From Lama glama (taxonomy: Eukaryota): 64,000 nt of DNA. The notes under the pieces were generated by a model. It was not told the origin of the DNA. It worked only from the letters and a program-made list of their open reading frames with translations, and ran no database searches. A program made the translations under genes and the position numbers. Of the stretch, positions 27,606-40,999 are shown piece after piece. Each line of letters begins with the position of its first letter. The stretch's first letter is position 1. Location of the stretch: the NCBI GenBank assembly GCA_028534125.1, contig CM052817.1, forward strand, positions 61,072,001 through 61,136,000, read 5' to 3'.

Positions 27606-27766
27606 ACACAGGGGAGATGTTAGTCAAACAAAAGACCAAAGACTAGATGAAGCACAAAATCTCTTTCTGGCTGTCAAGTTCTAGAAGCTACTCACAATGA
27701 TCTCTCTGACAATATTAATTCTATAGTTAGTGAATAAATAGAGCACATTTTCCCTACTGCAGTATC

Positions 27767-27810
<44 letters not shown>
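27767..27810. repeat. (TAGA)11 tetranucleotide microsatellite
   Basis: Direct reading, perfect repeat. Confidence 0.97.
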
Positions 27811-28089
27811 CAAGTTAAGAGTGGAGTAGTAATCTAAACATGTACTTCTCATTTGCTTTGTGGAGAAGTAGAGCTGGTTCATTTCAAAAACATAGCAAGT
27901 GAAGAGAGATGGGAGCTGATTACTAGCAGGTTTGCTCCCCTTATAAACTACAATTTAATTCATTGTTCTTTGGAAATACAGTATATAAATTCAAGTGTAA
28001 AAATAATAATTCAATAGTAGGAAACTTGTTTTATTCAAATATCTCCATGGGAGGACTTGCCATATTATCCTGCATTCTTTGAAAGCAAG

Positions 28090-28310
28090 GATAATAATGG
28101 TTAATAATTCCAACTATTGACAAGTTACTATGGGACAGGAACTATGCTAAGCACATGGCATGCACTAGAAAATTTTCATTAAAATCTTGTTCAAAGGCTC
28201 AGAAAAATTAGATAATTTTCTTGTATTTGCAGTTATTAAGAGGTAGAACTAGGATTCAAATCCAGGAGTGATGAATTCCAAAAATCCTGCCCTTCCACTA
28301 AGCCACATCA
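28090..28310 (-). mobile_element. MIR SINE
   Basis: ttactatgggacaggaactatgctaagcac...gtagaactaggattcaaatccagg. Confidence 0.7.
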
Positions 28311-29319
28311 CTCCCAGGAATCACTGAACAACTCTGATCTTTCTCATGACAAGATACTACCTGTTCAGTTGTCCTGGCCTCCATGACACGGTGAGACAAG
28401 TGGTGCCACTGGGACCCATGTTGTCAGTTCTGGGCACATTTATTGCACCTGTTTTAAGGCATTCTGTTTTCTTATGATGGGTAGAGGAATGATACCAAAG
28501 GAAGATTTGTCTTTATTTGCTAAACAAGAACATGGGAAATTTAGCCAGCACAAGAAAATTAGCTAATCTCATTATTTTTACCCCAATTGTGTCATACAGA
28601 AATGATTTTGAGTAAAACAGCAATTTCACTTCCAGGACTGATTTGGTCTCTCAAGTCTCTGATAATGTGCTCACAGTACCAACTGTCTTCATGCCTCTTG
28701 TAGTATCTGACCACCTGTACTGAAACTAATCATTTTCCTTCACATAGAGTTATCTAGACAGCTTTTGGTCATTTTCACCATCATCTGGGATCTGAGATTG
28801 TAACATAATGTAGATAGAGTGTTATTCTATGTCCAGTCTTTCTGTGTCAATCCCCACTTGCCTTTTTACTTCAGGAGAACAAAATGAGTATTCCTAATTA
28901 TAACTGAAATAATTCTAAGTTCATCTCAGCTCACTTACAAACAGCATAGGTATGATTCTGATCAGCAATGGATATGAAGTGTCACTCAGTTTACATTTCT
29001 TATTGTCACACTGGCCAGCCCACAGAGTCTTTAGCTTATTCTCAATGCTCAAAGCATAGCTTATTTTGAGGCAACAAGATTTCTAAGACTAAGTGGAAAT
29101 GTAACCTAAAAGTAGTAACTGAAATTTCATAACTTAATGAACTTATTTCTGCATATTTTAGATGTTATCATTTTAAGCAGTAAAACAAATCTTCATGCAA
29201 TTGCAGCTGATAAAAAATAAACTGTTATTAATAAACAGGTTAATGTATTTACAGGTAAAACTTATATGCAGATTTGCAAAAGGAAATAACAGAATTTTCT
29301 GCAATTTGTATTCACCTTC

Positions 29320-29425
29320 TTATTTATTTAACATATATTTACTGAGCCTCTAATATGTGCCAGGCATATTTGACACTGAAGATATAGAAATGAACAAAAC
29401 AGATGTTATCTCTGTCCTCCTGCTG
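29320..29425 (-). mobile_element. L2 3'-end fragment
   Basis: tatttactgagcctctaatatgtgccaggca...atgaacaaaacaga. Confidence 0.75.
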
Positions 29426-29881
29426 GTCTCCAATGTAAATGATAAAGAAGAAAGAGTACTATAAGCAAATTCCTTTATCATAAACAAAATGATGAAAAGA
29501 GTGAAAATTATAAAGATGTCATTTATGTGAACTTATTGCTGGAAAACTGGAAATAAAAATGCAATGGGTCTCCATGCACCAGTATTTGTACTCATACTGC
29601 AAGGTGTAATAGAATTTCTTAATTTTAGAGTAGAAGACATGTCAAATGCAGTTTACATTTCTCTGCCAGTAATTATATTTTCTTACAAGTGGCTATTACA
29701 TTTTTAGAGACAGACACAACAAATAATAAGAGGTTTTATTTGAGAGGAGAAACAAGCATGGGGTTTTTTTTTAGATGAAAGGGGTATAATAAATTTATGA
29801 GACCTCACATACAGCTATAATATAATAAATTAGAAGGATTAATAGAATTGTGAGCTACAGTAACCTGCACTAGTAGAATGC

Positions 29882-30205
29882 CTATTTTATGGAGCTCCAT
29901 AATACAGTTTATCATTGACTCCATGGGAATTCCCACAATATATTAGCTGTGGTGTAACAATAAAGCACACACAGTAAGGGGCATGTCCCTTTTGACACAC
30001 ATTCTCTTCCCACACTTATTTTACCAGGGAAACAACTCTGGTGCAGTTTAATTAAACTGCACTGCAATGAATTAGTCCAGGTCTTAGCCCTCTGACAGAG
30101 AGGGGCCTGGCAGTACCACAGGGGTTTGTCCCCTTATGATACCAGAGAGACTTCAGAAAACCTGGGAAAAAAAAGTGTAGTGTCCCTCAAATGACAGTGT
30201 CACTG
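29882..30205. other. Palindrome/stem-loop array (candidate structured or conserved non-coding element)
   Basis: Perfect palindromes ttatggagctccataa (29887-29902), tgggaattccca (29924-29935) and gtgcagtttaattaaactgcac (30041-30062), plus several further imperfect hairpins. Confidence 0.6.
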
Positions 30206-31694
30206 GGCAAGACTAGAGCTGTCAATCAGGTCACTTAAGGAAGCACTCACTCCCTTTGGAGAAGTTTTTATATTTCCCCATTTGTTGACTATGGATCAAT
30301 CTTTTGGGAAACATCTAAATGCCTTGGGAAGGTTATGTTCTATTGCCTTGGTTGGCAACAAGACCATCATTGCTCACTTTAAACAAAAATAGCCTTGTTA
30401 TTTTAAAGTCCACTGTGTATTCTATAGCTAGCTTAGGAAAAGCAAGCCAGAAAGTAATAACTGGAAATAAGTTTAGGATGATGATGAGTTCACATAAACT
30501 CTACTGCAAATAAGATATGCATAAAAACATTTTCGTTTAAAGTAAAAACTCTCCAGCTAAACGTGATCTAGAATATCCAAGATCAGAGGTTATTACAGAA
30601 GATATGTTATTTCCCCAGAGTTTCTGATCAACAGCGTAGTAAGGTTATACACCCCAACAATGACAAAGAAAATCTTACATTATTGATGAATATTCTTATT
30701 TTATCTGAACACTGTTTATTAATTCATGAGGGTGTTTGAAATTGAAAAATCAAAATTTACAAAACAATTACATTTTTAATAACTGCTTCTACCTAGATAC
30801 ATTGAATATTTAAGTGAACAAATACAAAGACCTCAAAAGAATTTATTAGACAATGGCAATTAGATCTCTAATAACTTGGCTCCGCTGGAATTACTGAACT
30901 CTATTTAGATGCCAGACATGGCACCTTAGTGATGGGTACACCATGTCGCCACCCTGCCTTTGGCTGAGGACCCTGAGAAATGACAGCCCCATTAGGTGTC
31001 ATGTAAAGCAGCTGACCTCGCTCTCTCAGCACTTGATCTCTGCACTGCAAGTGACCATTTGTCACTGTTGCCCAGAGATGAAACTCAGGTGACTCAATGT
31101 CACCACTGCCTTTTCAAAAGAATGAGATAATTATATGTTTTTTCTAAGCCTAGGACAGGAGATGCAAATTTGCTTAGAAAAATGAATAGGCAAATTAAAA
31201 GTAAGGAATGGAAATTTTTACTCATAGTGGAAATGTTTTCTAATCAGTACAAAAATTATCTGGACTTGGAACTTTTTGACAAAAGGAAAGACAGGAGATT
31301 TATGGTTGCCTGAGAACCTTTTCCTATTACAATCTTTTCCTAAGTAGGTAATAGAGAATAAAAGTCTTTCTACCAGAGCAAACACATTGAGAGCACTCAC
31401 AGAGGCTTATTCACAAAAAGTGGTATTTCTCTTTCCTTCTCAAACAAGGTATAGAAAACAAGGCTTAGTTTTCTATAAATTGGAGCTCACATAACAGAAA
31501 AAGACCCACCACAATATTTTCAAGCTATGAAGATAATACCTCCTTTAATTTGTTGTGTCTTAGAAATCCCAGAATTTGAGCCAATTGGTTAGAGACAAGC
31601 TCCTCACATTTCCAGTTTTCTGGAGCCTTTGTTACTTCAGGTGATTCTGACATCTGTGTTGATTTCATAATAGTAGCTCTTGTGTATATTAGTG

Positions 31695-31940
31695 ATCATT
31701 ACTTGCAGGCACTGTGCTAAGTGCTTAATATAGTCTATTTTGTGAGTGTTTCATTTTAATTCTCACTACAAGCATGCGAGTTTGGTATTATTTTCATCAT
31801 TTTATAGATAAGCAAACCAAGAGTCAGAAAATTTATGTTATTTGCCCCAAAGCAACAGAGCTAATAAATAGCAGGGCTTGGATTCAAACTAAGTCTTTCC
31901 AATTTTAAAATAGATGACTTAAACTCTTAGCTACATTATC
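31695..31940 (-). mobile_element. MIR SINE
   Basis: caggcactgtgctaagtgctt...cattttatagataagcaaacc...gggattcaaactaagtct. Confidence 0.8.
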
Positions 31941-32390
31941 TCTCGAAATTAAAAGTTTGGAGATCTTTTCTCACTAGTAAATATTTCCACTATAATCTAC
32001 TTGAAAAAAAATGTCTAAATTTTTCAACAAGTTTCTTAAGAGACTGAGTCATCTCTTGCCTCTTAGACCCCTCCTATTAGGTTGTGACAGAGGCTGAAAT
32101 ATGTTCTATTTGGGGAAGCCACTTTATTATTTAGACTGAACTTAAGTTTCCTTAGAAATAAGGTTGTTCATATGCATTGTGGTCTTGCCCCTTCTTCACA
32201 CACCTGCGTCTCCACAGGAAGGGAAAAATAGAAGACTTTTCTTTCCATTGGACATGCAACTCTGACACTGAAAACAAAGCATTCCCTTAATTGTCAACAA
32301 AAGAAAAAACTGAAACTCAAAGTTATGATAAGCTGCCTGTAACTATCTTCCTCCTCCTCCTCATCATCTCCCACCTCCCACCACAACCCT

Positions 32391-32710
32391 TTCTGTTTGT
32401 TTGTTTAATTCTCATTTTTTATTGAAGTGTAGTTGATTTACAATGTTAGTATGCCAAAGTGATACAGTTATACATATACATACATATAAATATTTTGTTT
32501 CTTTTCCATTATGGCTCATTATAAGAAATTGAATATAGTTCCCTGTGCTATACAGCAGATCCTTGTTGTTTATCTATTTTATGTATAGTAATTTGTGTCT
32601 GTTAATTCCAAACTCCTAATCTGTCCTTCCCTTGCTCCCTTTCCTCCCTGGGAACTACAGTTTGTTTTCTGTGTCTGTGAATCTATTTCTGGTTTGTAAA
32701 TAAAATTCAG
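32391..32710 (-). mobile_element. 5'-truncated lineage L1 3' end
   Basis: attgaagtgtagttgatttacaatg, gaatatagttccctgtgctatacag; flanking cacaaccc duplication (32382-32389 / 32711-32718). Confidence 0.85.
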
Positions 32711-33639
32711 CACAACCCCTGATTAGGAGAAACAGGATCACTTTAAAGTTGGAATGTATAATTTAATCATTTAAATTTATTGGAATTAGAACAGCAAGAC
32801 CTATATTTCTGTGCATTCAGCATATTGGTTTTAACATCCATGGTCCTTGTTTTCCCAGTTTATTTTATATTTGCATATTTTCCCATATTATAATATTTAT
32901 GAAACAAAGTTTTATATCATCCCTTGAACTTTTTATTCTAAAATGCCAAGCATATCAATGAAAAATAATTTTTGACAATTTCAATATTTCCATATATTTA
33001 GAACTAATATCTGGCTGACTTTGAATATGGTGGTCTACACTAACACTTTTAAAAAATAAAGCATAATTTAAAAGTATTAAAAAACTATTAAAAGGCTGAG
33101 TACACACATGCAGAAAGACTTAAATAAATAGGCGATGTCATATGAAAGAAAGAGAAACACCCAGGAGCCAGAAAGGAGTCAGAACAGGAAGCTTACAAGA
33201 CACATGGGTTACATGCCCTAGGGGCCAGGGGCTAAGGTTTTATTTTTCAAGCAGCGACAAGAGATGTGGCCTTGAACCCAGGCACTGTATAGAGGTAGAA
33301 ATGAAACCTTTCATGAAATTAAGATCCCAAAAGGGATGTCTCTTCAGTGTAAGATGAGGATTCCACCCAAAAGTTTGGCTCTACAGCTTAGAAAACTAAA
33401 AATTTATTTTCAAAAGTGAAGATTCAGCCTGTGTTATCTTATGGCATAGGAATCCTTAAGCCAAAAAAAATTAGCACAGAAATTTATTCCCAACTCTTTA
33501 ATTTTAAACAACTGGTCGAGGAAAATGCTAAGCTACTCTGTATTAGCATTATAGAATTCTAGGTGACAGTTATTTTCCTTCAGTATGATTCTCTAGTCCT
33601 GGAGAAACACATAAACAATCATCAGTAAAGCTGATCTGA

Positions 33640-36078
33640 ACTCCAAAGTACACATCTTAAGAGGAAATATTCCAACATGAACACAATAAGCAATACAACA
33701 GGGAGTTTAGACCCCTACAGCTTCAGGTAACAAGATAATATGAAACACACTATAAAATAAGTACATTTTAAAGAATAAAAACTATAAGAAAAGAAAGAAC
33801 ATTACCTTAAAAAATCAAGATACAGAAAAAAATAAGTATAACTTCAGCAAAAAGAAAAGGAAATTCTGGAATTAAATATGGAAATTAAAATGTAAAGGAT
33901 GAATTACACACATAGCAGAATGCATGGAGCTACAGAATTAGATTAGAGAACTGGAAGTTAGCTCTGAAGAAACTACCCAGGGGTAATATAGCAAGAGCAG
34001 TGAAGGAATAAGACATATGAAAGAGAACAGAAGAAACATTAGAAATAAAAAGAAAATATCCAGCATATACGATACAGGAGTTCCAGGAGGAGAGAAACAT
34101 ATTCAACAAATGGTGCTTGATAATCTCTATAATTAATAAATGACAAGAATGATTTGATTTAAAAATCACAGAGCCCAAAGCACAGTAACAAACATGTATC
34201 TACTTTAAAACACATCTTTGCTGCAATTATAGTATATCAAAACAGAAAGAAAATATTAAAAGCAGAGAGAAAATTAAAAGCAAATATCTGCAAAAGAATA
34301 AATAAGACTGTCAATAGACTTATAAGCTACACAGCAGCCAGAAAATAATGCTCAAGAAAAATAACTGTCAGCCTATAATGCTATAACCAGCTCAAGTATC
34401 ACTCAAAGATAAGGATAAGCTGATAATAAGAAATACAAGGAATAGAGGAATAAGTTAAATGACATCATGAGGAAGTAATCAAAAAATTCAGTAAGGGGGT
34501 CATTCTCAAAACAACTGGTCTGGTATCTTCAAAAATCAATGTCATGAAAATAATGAAGGAATAGGCTCTATGCTAGATTAATAAGATTTAAGAGATATAA
34601 CAAATAAATGTAGTGTGTAGTTTTGGGTGGAATACTGGTTTGAAAAAAGAGATTTTAAGAAATTGGAAAATTTGACAAAATCTGTACATATACATAGTAT
34701 TAGTTGATATTAGAGAATTGTTGCTAATATTTTTATATATGGTAATGGAATTTTATATATATTGGAGTTATCTTTAGAAAAGCATGCTGAACTCTTTGCA
34801 TTTAGGGTTGAAGTAGCATGATGTTTATGAATTTATTTGTAAGTTGTTTAGCTAAAGTGTGTGTATGTGTGTGCAGGTAGAGAGTACAAACATGGCAAAA
34901 AAAAGGTTAACATAATTTTTTAGTCCAGATAATAACAATATGGGTGTACATGGTTCTATTTTTCTACTTTTCTATATGTTTGAAATTTTCATAATAAAAA
35001 AATTAGAGAGAGAGGATAATATTCAAAGGCTGAGGTAGCTTTTTGTCACTTGCAAACCATACCTAAAGACTTAGTAATAAATAAACTTTGATAAAGAAAT
35101 TGAACTCGGAAAACAACTGAAAACAAAGAAATCAGGAAGCAAATCAATAGAAGCAATGATAATAATGAATATTAGAGAAGGGTAGGTAAAACCAATGATG
35201 GAAATAAAACACTCATGAAAATCTGAGGGGTGATTCAAAGAATGTATCTTAAAAGTTTATAAGAAATTTAAAGATATCTATTAACTTTAAGTTTTTTAAG
35301 CAAGTATGCATATTTTAAAAGAAGTATTCAAAGGAAGAATAGAAAAAATTTTATTACTTCAAAAGAAGAATAAAAAAAGAAAATTATAAATAAAATCATT
35401 CCAATAGGAAGCAAGAGAAACAAGAGAAAAGTAAATGGAAAATTAAATACAAGATAGTATAAATAAAAATACTCCAGTTACAGCAATAAGTATAAATGGA
35501 TTGAAATCACTAGTTAAACAATTCTCAGATAGAATATTTAAAATGGTAACTATATGCTATTTATAAGCTAGATCAGTTATGATCAATATGGATGAATCTC
35601 AAAAACTTAATGTTGAGATTTCTGAAAGTTGCAAAAGGATAAAATGATGCAATTTATACAAATGTTTAATGCACACACAGAAACTAAAAGTATAATACAC
35701 ATACATAATACTATTCAGCAATAAAAAGAAACAAACTTTGGTCATTTCTGAAAAGACAAAATTATAAAATAGTGGTTGCCAGGGGTTAGGATGGGAATGT
35801 AGAGGGGAGGAGTTAGATGTGACTATAAAGAGGTAGCATGAGGGAGATCATTGTGAAGATGGAATAATTCTGTATCTTGTGTGGTGATTATATCAATCCA
35901 CAGGTGATAAAAATGAAAGAACTTTATATATGCCAATGTCATGTTCCTGGTTTTGATATTGTACTATAGTTACATGACATGTAACCATTGGGAGAAACTC
36001 AGTAAAGGGTACACAGGACCTCCCTGTACCATCCTTTGCAATTTCTTATGTCTATAATTATTTTAAAATAAAAAAGTT
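33640..36078 (+). mobile_element. Cluster of old L1 fragments (ORF1-like pieces and L1MC/ME 3' ends)
   Basis: Very A-rich; ggagttccaggaggagagaa, tagtggttgccagggg, gtaaccattgggagaaactcagtaaagggtacacaggacc. Confidence 0.7.
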
Positions 36079-36096
36079 TTTAAAATACTACACCTG

Positions 36097-36230
36097 AGGG
36101 GGGAGAGTGTTGCTCAGTAGTAGAGCACATGCTTAACATGCACGAGGTCCTGGGTTCAATCCCCAGCCCCTTCATTAAAAAATAAATAAATAAACATAAT
36201 TACCTCCTCCCTAAAAATAAATAAATAAAA
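36097..36230 (+). mobile_element. tRNA-derived SINE, camelid Vic-1-like
   Basis: gggggagagtgttgctcagtagtagagcacatgc...gaggtcctgggttcaatccccag with A-rich tail; 17-bp TSD ttaaaatacta(c/t)acctg at 36080-36096 and 36231-36247. Confidence 0.9.
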
Positions 36231-36553
36231 TTAAAATACTATACCTGTTTTTAACTAAATATGTATAGAGTAAAAGTACATAAATGTCTTGGCATTGAAT
36301 TTTTCTGATTGTTTCATGCTTGATACTTAATATTTATAAAGTAATAATAGCAGTGATGCAGAAGATAAGAAATGTAATAGCTTACAAACAAATAAAAATG
36401 CTTGATCCTGGTGTAGTGCTAGAATAACAACAGGCACAGGCAAACTAAGCAAGATATTTAGACATTCTCTAGTTTGGTGATATTCTTAATTCATTTAACT
36501 CCAATCTCAGAGACTCCGAGGGAATTATAATATTCCAGCTTGAGCAGAGAACA

Positions 36554-37565
36554 CAGGCAGTCCTGACTTTGCATGCTTCCTATACACATAGATTTTAGTT
36601 ACCATGGATTGGTTAAATAACATCTGTCCCCTACCAATGATCAAATTTCAGTTACTACAATATCTTCAATGTGAGAAACTGCACAAAGTATAAACTTCCC
36701 TTCTCACTCTTCAGTCCACAAATCACTACATAAATAAAAGATGAACATCATGATCAGTGAGCAATCACATCACTTCTTTTCAAAGTCTGTTGGTGATTGA
36801 TCACTGAGCATCTGTTACTCAGTTCACACACAGACAGTAAAGTGTGTAGTTGTGCTGTCTTCTTGTCTCTTAGTGACAAAGTCAGGTGACATCTTACAAA
36901 AACAGATCATCAAAAGAGGGAACTGGCCAATGAAGATGAAAATGCAACTAAAAAAAAAAGTGGAAATGCTGGAAATCAGAATCAAACATAAATGCAACTG
37001 TAGAAGGAATAATTGGTCATGTGAATGTAGACACTGTCACCATTAGAGACTCCAGCAAGAGGAACTTAGTGAAGGTAAATATAAATGGGAAATGAAAAGA
37101 CTGAAGATGTATCAGAGAAAGTGACTCAAGCAAAAAGCTTCACACAAAAGGAATTCTCAATGTTGAAATGCATAGGATAAAATGTTGAAGTTTGATCTAA
37201 ACGTTAAAAGGAGTATTACAATTGACCAATGCAGAGAAAGGATCCTCAGTTCTTACTGCAAGTTATACACAAGAAGACAAGCATTGTCCAAACTACTCTA
37301 CATGAGTTTTCACAAACAAATAAAACACATTAACTCTCAATATTTCTAATGTTTTATGTTATGGTGTACTGAACATTCATTTTATTATTTTTTGCATGTC
37401 GCTGTTTATGTATCTAAGTGTATAAGCAACAGTAGGAGAATTTTTAATGTTTTGACAAAAATGTTTAAAGATCACAGAACAATCATAATTTCTTCTCATT
37501 GATTTTAGGATTGTTTGCACAGTTATTTTTACTGCCTCACACTGCTATGCAAAGAAGTCTGCCTA
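36554..37565. mobile_element. Tigger-family (TcMar) DNA transposon, Tigger6-like internal-deletion copy
   Basis: Left terminal inverted repeat (TIR) caggcagtcctgactttgca; right end tgcaaagaagtctgccta is a degenerate reverse complement; ~1 kb. Confidence 0.75.
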
Positions 37566-39139
37566 TATGTAAAGGAGATAATGTACTGGTGCATACACTG
37601 AGTAATGAATCCATTTCCCTTTAATACATTTTCTATATGATTTAGAAGGTAAAGAAAACAAACAGGACGTAGGCTTCTCTACTGACCCTGTGTGCTGTCA
37701 TTTGACAGTCAAATCCCATTTTTAATGGTCCTTTGTATTTTTGAGCAATAGAATTCTTGCTTTAAATGAAATCTGAAGGGAAACAACTTATTAAACAACA
37801 AATCAGGATTGTACTTAAATTTATTTTTATAGAGCTAATTAAGGAGAATTATGATGAATTAATGACTATACGAGAACTATAGTCATTTCAACTTAAGCAC
37901 CAATTTTCCCTACATTTTTTGCTCATTATTCTGAGACACAGAGAGATAAATAGCTGCAAATGCTACCAGTTCAAGGTACTCTTATCTCTGAGTATACTTC
38001 AATTAATTGGAGATGGTTAGTTTGCCTATTTGAGTTTGTGTGAAATGTGAAAAAAGCCTTAGATGGTCACTTTATTCCAAAATATACGTGAAAATTTTTA
38101 AAAGGAAAAGGAAACAAAATAATTATTAGAATTATAAGTGAGAATTAGTAAAGAAAGAGGTTTATATAAGAATTCTTTATAGTAACTAAAAATTTTCAAT
38201 GGATTTGACTTAAATATCTAAATGTAGATCAATGATTATGTAAAATCTGGTAAATTCAGAATGGAATATTAAGCATCCATAAAAAGTTTTGTTTAGGGAA
38301 AGTTTTCAACGAGAGGAAATGCATATAATTGAAACAAAAAGACTGTAAGATGATACAAGTAATATAGCTATGTTTTTTAAAATGCACTAAGATACTAAAT
38401 AGTAATCTAATACTAACAATTGTACCTGGAAGGTGGAGTTGCGAATGTTGGAGTGATTAATGGGTAGAAGGATTGCTCTTTGCATCTTTACACTTTTCAA
38501 CAGTTTCCAAAATATAAATTACAATAAACATATTTTTAAATACTTCTCTAATAAAAATTGCATGAAATAAACAAGCCTCCTATTTTGAACTAGAGGGGGT
38601 TCTCAAAACACCCTTGCAGCTTGGGCAATAATGTAGAGACTCTTCTTGGTACGAACTTTCTGAGAGAGCTTATCTACTTCATACTTAGGCCCCATCCTCA
38701 GAGATTAAGTGCTGTAAGGAAAAACAGGAACCCATGATTCCACAAAGGCAGCTGCCCGCAAATTCTGCAGCAACTCTTCCTCAACCCTACTCTTGCCCCC
38801 ATCACCTCATACTCATAATGGAGAATTTGCCAGAATGGAGTTTGCCTGTGGCTTTTGTGTCATTTAATGTTTTGCAACAACTTAACATGATGGAAAAATA
38901 CTAAATGATTCCTGCTAAATTGGGTTATAGCTTATAAAAATAAGACTTCAGTAAAACAGTATTATTTTAATAAGGAAAGGCTTAGGACAAATGACTACTC
39001 TCTTAAAATGCTAAACTAAATAATCAAATCAAACCAAATGAAAAGAAACAAAATCAGAGAGAACAACAAATTATCAAGCATCAATTTACCATAAGTCATT
39101 CTTATAAAAACACGTGCATGTGATTTTTTAAATGAATTC

Positions 39140-39700
39140 AAATAGACTCAAGGCAGTAAAATAAAAATAAATACCTCCCTCTACACCAACCCCAAGTCCT
39201 ACTCCCTGGAGGTAAAGTTAATAAATTCCTTGGATCTCATTATAGAAATCTGGTGGCCATATATAAGAAAACAAATATGCACATATTTATTTTGTGCATT
39301 TGAAAAACATAACATACCTATTGCATTATCTTTTCTCCCTTAGAAATGTATGCTGGAAAATCTTCCATGTTGGCACATAAAGGTAACTTCATTGTTTGTA
39401 ATAGTTAAATGTTATTTGATGCACAACTGTACTATTATTTACTTAGCAATTTCCTATTAATACAGATTTAAGTTCCTTCCAGGTCTTACACTGCAATATA
39501 CTGAAATGAGCACGCATGTACACATATTTTTGTATATTCAAGTGGGATGAATTCTTAGCAATGAAACTGATGGACCAAAGGCATATATATTTTAATTGTT
39601 GAGGGATATTAGCAAATTACCTTATACATAAGTTGACACTAACTGATATTCCCATGAACAGCATACAGGAATAATTATTTATCCCAAAGCCTTATCTTGC
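39140..39700 (-). mobile_element. Old L1ME-like 3' fragment
   Basis: tatttacttagcaatttcctattaatacagatttaagttcc, gggatgaattcttagcaatgaaactgatggaccaaagg. Confidence 0.55.
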
Positions 39701-40999
39701 AGCATTAATTTATGACTGTAAAGCATATATCACTGTAAGTAAATACCATTTAATCCACAGTTAGCCATCACATCAGAGGATTTTGAACATGTGTTCCTCT
39801 ATGTTATACTTGCCATTGGAAGTGTTTACCTTAGTTGTATAGTTGTTGAGTTTCTGGTTTGGGGATTAGCTATGGAATCCAATAGCACTGGATTTTGACA
39901 CCCTATTGTAATGGAGGGAATAATTTTGTAACCTAATTTCTAGAATTTTAGATGTGTTAAAACTAACTTGCCTGATATGCCCAAATGTTATCATTAAAGA
40001 AATATTTTTCAAAAATAAAAAGGTAGTCATTCATTTTTGAATATTCTTTGATTTCCACTTATACTCTTTTTTCAAAATACAATTTAAAAAAATTTTAGCA
40101 CTCTTCATGCCCCCCAAAATGATTTTGAAATGATTATCAGACATTACACTAACATTTTCCCAAAATACATAGTTCTAAAATCCTAGTAATGAAAAATTAA
40201 CTTCCTAATTATTAGCAGTATAAAAATAAACAATTTCTTACCTGAAACTCTTAAAATTCTCCAATAGCTCTCTTAAAAGCTCTACAAAGTAGAAGCTGTG
40301 AAACATATGGTACATCCAAGAAAGAAGTCTTTAAATTTTGGACACAAGCACAAAGTGGTGGCTCTTTTAGAAGAGGAGTTTCTCCACTGCAAACCAGCTG
40401 TAGGCACAGCCTAGTTAATAGCCTTCAGAAAAGCTGTGCTGTGATATATTAATTTACACCTACTGTGCTTTAAATGAGAAGCCAAAGGCCATGCGCTGGG
40501 CACAAAACTTATTACCTCAACATAAAGCAGATATTACATTTCCTAGTAAAAATATTTAACGTATGATGTCTGGGAATTTGTAAGGTAACAAACACGTAAA
40601 GAGCCTGAAAACTTATGTTATAATTAGTTAATCCATGATGCCAGAATATCCGTAATAAATACTGAAAGAAATGATCAGCCAGACCTTAAAATTTAATCAA
40701 ATATTGGGACAATAGGTAATTACTAAAATTAAAGGCCATAAGTCAATGTTTTCACACCAAATTCATGAAGTGTAGTTGACGTCAACAAATCAGACTATAC
40801 AGTATAATGCTTATCCTTATTCCATAAAGCAGTATTCTTGATTCTGCACTACTTTTTGAAATGGTAAACTCTATATCTCAGAAGCAAATTAGTAAATAAT
40901 TATTTCTTATCAGAAATGTTCCATTCTAATTGTGATAGCTGGACTACTTTTACATGAAAAAGCACACTTATAAGAATAAGGCTGTATTACACAGACACT

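Noticed and set aside
36097..36175. Possible tRNA gene
   Set aside because: tRNA-like head followed by an A-rich tail and flanked by a TSD, with two more diverged copies in the window; it is a SINE.
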